Below, one piece after another: positions 21,439 through 33,200 of a stretch of 64,000 nt of DNA. A program made the translations under genes and the position numbers. Positions within the stretch are counted from its first letter, which is position 1. Each line of letters starts with the position of its first letter. The notes under the pieces are model-generated. The model did not search any database, had not been told where the DNA came from, and was given only the letters and a program-made list of their open reading frames with translations. The DNA is from Malacoraja senta (taxonomy: Eukaryota). Where the stretch lies: the NCBI GenBank assembly GCA_038087875.1, contig JAXLNO010000351.1:62001-126000 (forward strand). The letters run 5' to 3'.

Positions 21439-24020
21439 ACATCTTCTGTAGAGAAAGGTACGTTTTTGGAAGGAACATAGTGCAACAAATGTGTGATTCC
21501 AGGATGACACGGCCCATTGTGAAGATCAGTGAGTGCAGAAGAATGAACAGAGGCACAAAATGCTGGAGTTAATGTATCTGGAGCAACATTATCCTTACCA
21601 GGGCGGTACTCAATTGAATAACTATATGCAGATAATTCAATCCTCCATTCATGAATGTTACTGTTTTTAATCTTCGTTCGTTTCCGATTATCCAGCATAA
21701 AAGCTACTGAACGCTGATCTGTTATCAAAGTGAAGTGCTGGCGAGCAAGGAAATGACTCCATTTCCTCACTGCTTCAATAATTGGTGTAGCTACCTTTTC
21801 GGACGGGAGGGTAGTGCAATTCAATACCTTGGAGAGTACGTGACATGAAAGCCACTGGTCGTCCTCCTTGATTTAATGTTGCTGATACAGCTAAATCAGA
21901 GGCATCACATTCAACAACAAAGGGGAAATCCTCATCGATGGCGTGTAATGTCCCAGATTCTAATTGTTTCTTTAAAGAAGTAAAGGCACCAATTGCTGTA
22001 GAGTCAAGGGGGAAAGATTTTGTTCTAATCAAAGGTTGAATTTTGTCAGCAAAATTTGGTATCCATTGAGCATAATATGCAAACATCCAAAGAACCCTTC
22101 GCAGAGTCTTTCTGGATCAGGCTTGATTATATCATTTCCATCCCAATAACCAAGAATATTAATTGTTGACACTGATGTTATTAACTTTGCCTCATTTAAT
22201 GTTAGATGTTTAGAATGTACAACATCTAAAAACCGTTGTACATTTTCATCATGTTCAGCTTGGTCTTTTCCAGCAATAGTTAAATTATCAAGATAAGGGA
22301 AAGTATCTTTAAGGTTTTCTTGTTCAACAAGTTTGTCCATCTCTCTCTGAAAAACAGCCACGCCATTAGTTACACCAAAAGGAACTCTGCAGTGGTGATA
22401 TAATTTCCCATTTGCTTCAAACGCAGTGTATTTCTTCTCTGATTCCTTCAAAGGAATTTGGTAGTCAGCACTTTTTAAGTCAAAAGTAGAGAATATCTTA
22501 TAATTAGCTAATGTATTGATAATCTCTTCTATGCGAGGTAGTGGATATGCATCAAGATCCATGAACTGGTTTATAGAGTAATCAATGCAGAGTCTCTTTC
22601 TATGTCTCTCCAAGGGGTCCTTAACCACGACAACTTGTGCCCTCCAAGGGGAAGAGCTGGGTTCTATGATACCTTCTTGTAAAAGATTAGTTACTTCTGT
22701 GTTGATAAAGTTCCTATCATCTTTACTAAAATGTCTTGATTTTGTAGCAATTGGCTTGCACTTGGAGGATAAATTAGTGAATAATGAAGGACATTCAACA
22801 GATGCAGCAGAAAAAACACACAATACTGGTGGCTTTGACAATACAAGATCAGGCATAGTTCCTTCAGACATTATTTAAAGTGATCTGTGCTGTTTCTGAA
22901 AATCCTGACCCAGAATTATATCGCTACACAAATTTTTCAAAATACCAAGACATACAGATTTATAGCTAGTTTTGTTCAGAATAAAGTCTACAATACAAGA
23001 TCCAATAATTTGAGTATTGAGAGTTGTCAGAGCCATCGAGATTTCTCTATTTGAAGGAATTATAGTTAGATTTAGTCGAGACACAACTTGTTCACTTATA
23101 AAACGTTCTGAACTGCCAGAATCAAGTAGTACATTAAGTGTATGGCCATTGATGGATAATGTTGTAGCTGCATGAGACAAGCTCTGAGGAAATGCAGCTA
23201 TAATTACACATAAAGAAGGCATATACATGGCAGCAGTCACACTTTTAGTAGTTGCTTTGGACTTGCATACTCTAGAAAAATGTCCCTTCTTGCCACAACT
23301 ATTACAAGTTGCCTCTTGAGCAGGGCATCTCTCTCTCTTATGAATATTACCCCCCGCAAAAGTAACACTTCCTTTTTGAATAATGATATACTGCAGCAAG
23401 GTCTCCTTTATCAGTAGAAATTGTTTCAGCTTGCTCCATATTAGTACTTGGGTGAAATTCTTTTGTAGTAGTTGCAGCAGAATACACATTAGATGAGTCA
23501 TATGCATCACAATGTTTCTGAGCCAAGTCTAATAAGCTTGATTGTAAGCTGACTGTAAAGCCAAGGTTTTGTTTTCTAATAGTTTCTGTCGTATTAAAGG
23601 CGATGCCAAACCATTGATAAAAGAGTCTCGAATAAGTTCCTGTCGATATTGATCAGCCGTAACTACTTTGAATGGACAGTCTTTACTAAGTCTTTGAAGT
23701 ACTTGTGAAAATTTATCAATTGACTCACCAGGTTTTTGTTTCCGAGTACCAAGGAGGTGTCGAGCGAATAGCACATTGGGTGTCTTAACGAAGAGACTGC
23801 TTAGTACATCAATAGCAGAAACATAAGTTGTACATTCCACTATGTAATCATATACATCAGAAGAGACGAAGCTTATTAATGTCTTGAGTCTGTCTGGTGC
23901 ATCATTGCCACACTCATCAAAGAAGTTATTTAATATACGAAGCCAGTGCTTCCATTCCTTTGCAGTAGCAGGTGAGTTGGGATCCAGATCCAAGCGTTGT
24001 GGTTTCAATAGTTTCTCCAT
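21439..24020 (-). mobile_element. Ty3/Gypsy LTR retrotransposon gag-pol, frameshifted and cut by the ERV in the integrase Zn finger
   Basis: gag MEKLLKPQRLDLDPNSP..EWKHW; knuckle CNSCGKKGHFSRVC; protease LLDSGS; RT PFGV..YLDN; RNase H ECDASD..TDQRS; IN LHNGPCHPG. Confidence 0.92.
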
Positions 24021-24054
24021 CCCAAGTCGGACTGCTAAGATAAGTTGCTTATAT

Positions 24055-24281
24055 TGTTGCGAGGCAAATGAAACTTTTCACTACTCAAAATTTACTTAAC
24101 TTTATTTAAGCTTTAAGCAACTTATTTCTTTAATACATAAACTCAGAAACGTCTGGCAAACATGGCTGATTCCGCAGGCCTTTCCCGCCCGAAATACCTC
24201 GCACATGCGCACACTCCGGAAAAGTCTTGCACATGCGCACACTCTAGAAGAGCCCTGCACCTGCGCACATGCGCCCACTTC
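24055..24281 (-). mobile_element. Gypsy 5' LTR (U3 end truncated by the satellite)
   Basis: Ends ...CAACA 35 nt upstream of the gag ATG; AATAAA at 24106-24101; NRF1-like GCACATGCGC x3 and E2F-like TTTCCCGC upstream. Confidence 0.65.
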
Positions 24282-27200
24282 AGTTTGAAACTGCAAAAGG
24301 TTTGCTTTGAAAATGCAAAAGGTGTGCTTTGAAAACGCAAATGGTGGTTTGGTTTGAAAATGCAAATGGTGGTCTGGTTTGGAAATGCAAAAGGTTTGGT
24401 TTGAAAATGCAAAAGGTTTGCTTTTAAAATGCAAAAGGTGGTTTCCTTTGAAAATGCAAAAATTGATTTGCTTTGAAAATGCAAAAGGTGGTTCGGTTTG
24501 GAAATGCAAAAGATTTGGTTTGAAAATGCAAAAGGTTTGGTTTGAAAATGCAAAAGGTTTGGTTTGAAAATGCAAAAGGTTTGCTTTGAAAATGCAAAAG
24601 GTGGTATTCTTTGAAAATGCAATTGTTAGTTTGCTTTGAAAATGCAAGAATGGTTTGCTTTGAAAATGCAAAAGTGGTTTTGCTTTGAAAATGCAAAATG
24701 TGGTTTGCTTTGAAAATACAAAAGGTGGTTTGCCTTGAGATTGCAAAAGGTTTGCTTTGAAAATGCAAAGGGTTTGCTTTGAAAATGCAAAAGGTGGTTT
24801 GGTTTGAAAATGCAAAAGTTGGTTTGCTTTATGGAAAATGGCTGGCTTTGAAAATGCAAATGGTGGTTTGGTTTAGAAAAGCAAAAGGTAGTTTGGATTG
24901 GAAATGCAAAAGGATGGCTTTGAAAATGCAAAAGGTGCTTTGCTTAGAAAATGCTAAAGATTTGATTTGAAAAGGCAAAAGGTTTTGTTTGAAAATGCAA
25001 AAGGTTTGCTTTGAAAATGCAAAATGTGGTTTGCTGTAAAAATGCAAAAGGTGGTTTTCTTTGAAAATGCAAAAGGTGGTTTGCTTTGAAAATGCACAAG
25101 GGTTTACTTTGAAAATGCAAAAGGTTTGCTTTGAAAATGCAAATAGTGGTTTGCTTTGAAGGGCAAATGGTGGTTTGCTTTGAAAATGCAAAACATGGTT
25201 TGCTTTGAAAATGCAAAAGGTGGTTTGCTTTGAAAATGCAAATGGTGGTTTGCTTTGAAAATGCAAAAGGTGGTTTGCTTTGAAATTGCAAAAAGTGGTT
25301 TGCTTTGAAAATGCAAATGGTGGTTTGCTTTGAAAATGCAAAAGGTGGTTTGCTATAAAATGCCAAAAGGCGGTTTGCTTTGAAAATGCAAAATGTGGAT
25401 TTCTTTGAAAATGCAAAAGGTCGTTTGTTTTGATAATGCAAAAAGTGGTTTGCTTTGAAAATGCAAAAGTTGGTTTGCTGGTTTGCATTGAAAATGCAAA
25501 AGGTGGTTTGCTTTGAAAATGCAAAAGGTGGTGTGCTTTGAAAATGCAAAAGGTTGTTTGCTTTAAAAATGCAAAAGGAGGTTTGCTTTGAAAATGCAAA
25601 AGGTGGTTTGCTTTGAAAATGCAAAAGGTGGTTTGCTATGAAAATGCAAAAAGGTTTGCTATAAATGCAGTAGATTGTTTGCTTTGAAAATGGAAAAGGT
25701 GGTTTGCTTTGAAAATGCAAAAGGTGGTTTGCTTTGAAAATGCAAAAAATGTGGTTTGCTTTGAAAATGCAAAAGGTGGTTTGCTTTGAAAATACAAAAG
25801 GTGGTTTGCTTTGAAAATGCAAAAGGTGGCTTGCTTTTAATAAGCAAATGGTGGTTTGCTTTGAAAATGCAAAAGGTGGTTTACCTTGAAAATGCAAAAG
25901 GTGGTTTGCTTTGAAAATGCAAATGGTGGTTTGTTTGAAAATGTAAAAGGTGGTTTGCTTTGAAAATGCAAAAGGTGGTTTGCTGGTTTGCATAGAAAAT
26001 GCAAAAGCTGCTTTTTAATGGAAATGCAAAAGGTGGTTTGCTTTGAAAACGAAAAGATGGTATGCTTTGAAAATGCAAAAGGTGGTTTGCTTTGAAAATG
26101 CAAAAGGTTTGCTTTGAAAATGCAAAAGGTTTGCTTTGAAAATGCAAAGGGTTAGGTTGAAAATGCAAAAAGGTTAGCTTTGAAAATGCAAATAGTGGTT
26201 TGCTTTGAAGGGCAAATTGTGGTTTGCTTTGAAAAAGCAAAAGGTGGTTTGCTTTGAAAAGGCAAAAGGTGGTTTGCTTTGAAAAGGCAAAAGGTGGTTT
26301 GCTTTGAAATTGCAAAAAGTGGTTTGCTTTGAAAATGCAAATGGTAGTTTGCTTTGAAAATGCAAAAGGTGGTTTGTTATAAAATGCCAAAAGGCGGTTT
26401 GCTTTGAAAATGCAAAATGTGCTTTGCTTTGAAAATGTAAAATGTCGTTTGTTTAGAAAATGGAAAAGGTGGTTTGCTTTGAAAATGCAAAATTTGGTTT
26501 GCTGGTTTGCATTGAAAATGCAAAAGGTGGTTTGCTTTGAAAATGAAAAAAGGTGGTTTGCTTTTAAAATCAAAAGGTTTGCTTTGAAAATGCAAAGGGT
26601 TTACTTTGGAAATGCAAAGGGTTTACTTTGAAAATGCAAAAGGTTTGCTTTGAAAATGAAAATAGTGGTTTGCTTTGAAGGGCAAATGGTGGTTTGCTTT
26701 GAAAATGCAAAAGGTGATTTGCTTTGAAAATGCAAAACGTGGTTTGCTTTGAAAATGGAAAACGTGATTTGCTTTGAAAATGCAAAAGGTGGTTTGCTTT
26801 GAAAAAGCAAAAGGTGGTTTGCTTTGAAAAAGCAAAAGGTGGTTTGCTTTGAAAATGCAAAAAGGTTTTCTTTAAAAATGCAGTAGATGGTTTGCTTTGA
26901 AAATTGAAAAGGTGGTTTGCTTTGAAAATGCAAAAGGTGGTTTGCTTTTAAATTGCAAAAAAGTGGTTTGCTTTGAAAATGCAAAAGGTGGTTTGGTATA
27001 AAAATGCCAAAAAGTGGTTTGCTTTGGAAATGCAAAAGGTGGTTTGCTTTGAAAATGCAAAAGGTGGTCTGCTTTGAAAATCCAAAAAGGTTTGGTTTAT
27101 AATGTAGTAGATAGTTTGCTTTGAAAAAGGAAAAAGTGGTTTGCTTTGAAAATACAGAAGGTGGTTTGCTTTGAAATTGCAAAAAAAACTGGTTTGCTTT

Positions 27201-30200
27201 GAAAATGCAAAAGGTGGTTTGCTTTGAAAATATAAAAGGTGGTTTGCTTTGAAAATGCCATAGGTGGCTTTCTTTTAATATGGAAATGGTGGTTTGCTTT
27301 GAAAATGCAAAATGTTGTTTGTCTTTACTATGTAAAAGGTGGTTTGCTTTAAAAATGCAAATGGTGGTTTGCTTTGAAAATGCAAAAGGTTTGCTCTGAA
27401 AATGCAAAAGGTCGTTTGCTTTTAATATGCAAAAGGTCGTTTGCTTTGAAAATGCAAAAGATTGTTTGCTTTGAAATTGCAAAAAAGTGGTTTGCTTTGA
27501 AAATGTAAAAGTGGTTTGCTTTGAAAATACAAAACGTGGTTTGATTTGAAAATGCAAAAAGTGGCTTTGTTTTAATATGCAAATGGTGGTTTGCTTTGAA
27601 AATGCAAAAGTTGGCTTTTAAAATGCAAAAGGTGGTTTGGTTTGAAAATGCAAATGTTGGTTTTCAATGAAAATGTAAAAGGTGGTTTGCTTTGAAAATG
27701 CAAAAGGTGGTTTGGTATAAAAATGCCAAAATGTGGTTTGCTTTGAAAATGTAAAAGGTGGTTTGCTTTGAAAATGCAAACGGTCGTTTGCTTTGAAAAT
27801 GCAAAAGGTGGTTTGCTGGTTTGCATTGAAAATGCAAAAGCTGCGTTTTAATGGAAATGCAAAATGTGGTTTGCTTTGAAAATGCAAAAGATGGTATGCT
27901 TTGAAATTGCAAAAAGGTTTGCTTTAAAAAAGCAGTAGATGGTTTGCTTTGAAAATGGAAAAGGTGGATTGAAAATGCAAAATGTGGTTTCCTTTGAAAA
28001 TGCAAAAAGGTTTGCTTTAAAAATGCAATAGATGGTTTGCTTTGAAAATGGAAAAGGTGGTTTTCTTTGAAAATGCAAAAGGTGGTTTCCTTTGAAAATG
28101 CAAAAGGTGGTTTGCTTTGAAAATTCAAAAAGGTTTGCTTTAAAAAAGCAGTAGATGGTTTGCTTTGAAAATGGAAAAGGTGGTTTGAAAATGCAAAAGG
28201 TGGTTTCCTTTGAAAATGCAGAAGGATGTTTGCTTTGAAAATACAAAAGGTCGTTTGCTCTGAAAATGCAAAAGGTCGTTTGCTTTTAATATGCAAAAGG
28301 TCGTTTGCTTTGAAAATGCAAAAGATTGTTTGCTTTGAAATTGCAAAAAATGGTTTTCATTGAAAATGCAAAAGGTTGTTTGCTTTGAAAATGCAAAAGG
28401 TGGTTTGGTATAAAAATGCCAAAATGTGGTTTGCTTTGAAAATGTAAAAGGTGGTTTGCTTTGAAAATGCAAACGGTCGTTTGCTGGTTTGCATTGAAAA
28501 TGCAAAAGCTGCGTTTTAATGGAAATGCAAAATGTGGTTTGCATTGAAAATGCAAAAGATGGTATGCTTTGAAAATGCAAAAAGGTTTGCTTTAAAAAAG
28601 CAGTAGATGGTTTGCTTTGAAAATGGAAAAGGTGGATTGAAATTGCAAAAGGTGGTTTCCTTTGAAAATGCAAAAAGGTTTGCTTTAAAAATGCATTAGA
28701 TGGTTTGCTTTGAAAATGGAAAAGGTGGTTTGCTTTGAAAATGCAAAAGGTGGTTTGATTTGAAATTGCAAATGTGTGGTTTGCTTTGAACATGCAAAAA
28801 AAGGTGGTCTGCTTTGAAAATGCTAAAGGTGGTTTGCTTTGAAAATGCAAAAGGTGGTTTGCTTTGAAAATGCAAAAGGTGGTTTGCTTTGAAAATGCAA
28901 AAGGAGGTTTGCTTTGAAAATGCAAAAGGTCGTTTGCTCTGAAAATGCAAAAGGTCGTTTGCTTTTAATATGCAGAAGGTCGTTTGCTTTGAAAATGCAA
29001 AAGATTGTTTGCTTTGAAATTGCAAAAAAGTGGTTTGCTTTGAAAATGCAAAAGGTGGTTTGCTTTGAAAATACATAACGTGGTTTAATTTGAAAATGCA
29101 AAAAGTGGCTTTGTTTTAATATGCAAATGGTGGTTTGCTTTGAAAATGCAAAAGGTGGTTTACTTTTAAAATGCAAAAGGTGGTTAGCTTTGAAAATGCA
29201 AATGTTGGTTTTCAATGAAAATGTAAAAGGTGGTTTGATTTGAAAATGCAAAAGGTGGTTTGGTATAAAAATGCCAAAAAGTGGTTTGCTTTGAAAATGT
29301 AAAAGGTGGTTTGCTTTGAAAATGCAAAAGGTGGTTTGCTGGTTTGCATTGAAAATGCAAAAGCTGCTTTTTAATGGAAATGTAAAAGGTGGTTTGCTTT
29401 GAAAATGCAAAAGGTGGTTTGCTTTGAAATGCAAAAGGTGGTTTGCTTTGAAAATGCAAAAAGGTTTGCTTTAAAAATGCAGTAGATGGTTTGCTTTGAA
29501 ATTGCAAAAAAAGTGGTTTGCTTTGAAAATGCAAAAGGTGATTTGCTTTGAAAATACAAAACGTTGTTTGATTTGAAAATGCAAAAAGTGGCTTTCTTTT
29601 AATATGCAAATGGTTGTTTGCTTTGAAAATTCAAAAGGTGGTTTGCTTTTAAAATGCAAAAGGTGGTTTGCTTTGAAAATGCAAATGTTGGTTTTCATTG
29701 AAAATGTAAAAGGTGGTTTGCTTTGAAAATGCAAAAGGTGGTTTGGTATAAAAATGCCAAAAAGTGGTTTGCTTTGAAAATGCAAAAGGTAGTTTGCTTT
29801 GAAAATGCAAACGGTCGTTTGCTTTGAAAATGCAAAAGGTGGTTTGCTGATTTGCATTGTAAGTGCAAAATCTGCTTTTTAATGGAAATTCAAAAGGTGG
29901 TTTGCTTTGAAAATGCAAAAGATGGTATGCTTTGAAAATGCAAAAAGGTTTGCTTTAAAAAAGCAGTAGATGGTTTGCTTTGAAAATGGAAAAGGTGGAT
30001 TGAAATTACAAAAGGTGGTTTCCTTTGAAAATGCAAAAAGGTTTGCTTTAAAAATGCAGTAGATGGTTTGCTTTGAAAATGGAAAAGGTGGTTTGCTTTG
30101 AAAATGCAAAAGGTGGTTTAATTTGAAATTGCAAATGTGTGGTTTGCTTTGAACATGCAAAAAAGGTGGTCTGCTTTGAAAATGTTAAAGGTGGTTTGCT

Positions 30201-33200
30201 TCGAAAATGCAAAAGGTGGTTTGCTTTGAAATTGCAAAAGGTGGTTTGCTTTGAAAATGCAAAAGGAAGTTTGCTTTGAAAATGCAAATGGTCCTTTGCT
30301 CTATAAATGCAAACGGTCGTTTGCTATTAATATGCGAAAGGTCGTTTGCTTTGAAAATGCAAAAGATTGTTTGCTTTGAATTTGCAAAAAAAAGTGGTTT
30401 GCTTTGAAAATGCAAAAGGTGGTTTGCTTTGAAAATACAAAACGTGGTTTGATTTGAAAATGCAAAAAGTGGCTTTGTTTTAATATGCAAATGGTGGTTT
30501 GCTTTGAAAATGCAAAAGGTGGTTTGCTTTTAAAGTGCAAAATGTGGTTTGCTTTGAAAATGCAAATGTTGGTTTTCAATGAAAATGTAAAAGGTGGTTT
30601 GCTTTGAAAATGCAAAAGGTGGTTTGGTATAAAAATGCCAAAAAGTAGTTTGCTTTGAAAATGTAAAAGGTGGTTTGCTTTGAAAATGCAAAAGATGGTA
30701 TGCTTTGAAAATGCTAAAAGGGTTGCTTTAAAAAAGCAGTAGATGGTTTGCTTTTTAAATTGGAAAAGGTGGATTGAAAATGCAAAAGGTGGTTTCCTGT
30801 GAAAATGCAAAAATGTTTGCTTTAAAAATGCAGTAGATGGTTTGCTTTGAAAATGGAAAAGGTGGTTTGCTTTGAAAATGCAAAAGGTGGTTTGCTTTGA
30901 AAATACAAAACGTTGTTTGATTTGAAATTGCAAAAGGTGGTTTGCTGATTTGCATTGAAAATGCAAAAGCTGCTTTTTAATGGAAATGCAAAAGGTGGTT
31001 TGCTTTGAAAATGCAAAAGATGGTATGCTTTGAAAATGCAAAAAGGTTTGCTTTAAAAAAGCAGTAGATGGTTTACTTTGAAAATGGAAAAGGTGGATTG
31101 AAAATGCAAATGGTGGTTTGGTATAAAAATGCGAAAAAGTGGTTTGCTTTGAAAATGCAAAAGGTGGTTTGCTTTGAAAATGCAAACGGTCGTTTGCTTT
31201 GAAAATGCAAAAGGTGGTTTGCTGGTTTGCATTGAAAATGTAAAAGCTGCTTTTTAATGGAAATGCAAAAGGTGGTTTGCTTTGAAAATGCAAAGATGGT
31301 ATGCTTTGAAAATGCAAAAGGTGGTTTCCTTTGAAAATGCAAAAATGTTTGCTTTAAAAATGCAGTAGATGGTTTGCTTTGAAAATGGAAAAGGTGGTTT
31401 GCTTTGAAAATGCAAAAGATGGTTTGCTTTGAAATTGCATAAAAGTGGTTTGCTTTGAAAATGCAAAAGGTGGTTTGGTTTGAAAATACAAAACGTTGTT
31501 TGATTTGAAATTGCAAAAGGTGGTTTGCTGATTTGCATTGAAAATGCAAAAGCTGCTTTTTAATGGAAATGCAAAAGGTGGTTTGCTTTGAAAATGCAAA
31601 AGATGGTATGCTTTGAAAATGCAAAAAGGTTTGCTTTAAAAAAGCAGTAGATGGTTTACTTTGAAAATGGAAAAGGTGGATTGAAAATGCAAATGGTGAT
31701 TTGGTATAAAAATGCGAAAAAGTGGTTTGCTTTGAAAATGCAAAAGGTGGTTTGCTTTGAAAATGCAAACGGTCGTTTGCTTTGAAAATGCAAAAGGTGG
31801 TTTGCTGGTTTGCATTGAAAATGTAGAAGCTGCTTTTTAATGGAAATGCAAAAGGTGGTTTGCTTTGAAAATGCAAAGATGATATGCTTTGAAAATGCAA
31901 AAGGTGGTTTGCTTTGAAAATGCAAAAGGTGGTTTGCTTTGAATATGAAAAAGCTGGTTTGCTTTGAAAATGCTAAAGGTGGTTTGCTTTGAAAATACAA
32001 AACGTGGTTTGATTTGAAAATGCAAAAAGTGGCTTTGTTTTAATATGCAAATGGTGGTTTGCTTTGAAAATGCAAAAGGTGGTTTGCTTTTAAAGTGCAA
32101 AAGGTGGTTTGCTTTGAAAATGCAAATGTTGGTTTTCAATGAAAATGTAAAAGGTGGTTTGCTTTGAAAATGCAAAAGGTGGTTTGGTATAAAAATGCCA
32201 AAAAGTAGTTTGCTTTGAAAATGTAAAAGGTGGTTTGCTTTGAAAATGCAAAAGATGGTATGCTTTGAAAATGCTAAAAGGTTTGCTTTAAAAAAGGAGT
32301 AGATGGTTTGCTTTTTAAATTGGAAAAGGTGGATTGAAAATGCAAAAGGTGGTTTCCTTTGAAAATGCAAAAATGTTTGCTTTAAAAATGCAGTAGATGG
32401 TTTGCTTTGAAAATGGAAAAGGTGGTTTGCTTTGAAAATGCAAAAGATGGTTTGCTTTGAAATTTCAAAAAAGTGGTTTGCTTTGAAAATGCAAAAGGTG
32501 GATTGCTTTGAAAATGCAAATGTTGGTTTTCATTGAAAATGTAAAAGGTGGTTTGCTTTGAAAATGCAAAAGGTGGTTTGGTATAAAAATGCAAAACGTG
32601 GTTTGCTTTGAAAATGCAAAAGGTGGTTTGCTTTGAAAATGCTAAAAAAAATTGCTTTGAAAATGCAAAAGGTGGTTTGCTTTGAAAATGCAAAAGATGG
32701 TTTGTTTTGAAAATGCAAAAGGTGGTTTGATTTGAAAAATGCAATAGGTGGTTTGCTTTGAAAATGCAAAAGATGGTTTGTTTTGAAAATGCAAAAGGTG
32801 GTTTGATTTGAAAAATGCAATAGGTGGTTTGCTTTGAAAATGCAAAAGGTGGTTTGCTTTGAAAAGGTGGTTTGCTTTGAAAATGCATCAGGTGGTTTGC
32901 TTTGAAAATGCAAAAGATGGTTAGCTTTGAAAATGCAAAAGATTTGCTTTGAAAATGCAAAAGATGGTTTGCTTTGAAAATGCAAATGGTGGTTCGCTTT
33001 GAAAAGGTGGTTTGCTTTGAAAATGCATAAGGTGGTTTGCTTTGAAAATATAAAAGGTGGTTCGCTTTGAAATTGCAAAAAGTGGTTTGCTTTGAAAATG
33101 CAAAAGGTGGTTTGCTTTGTAATGCAAAAGATGGTTTGCTTTAAAAATGCAAAAGGTGGTTTGCTTTGAAAATACAAAATGTGCTTTGCTTTGAAAATGC

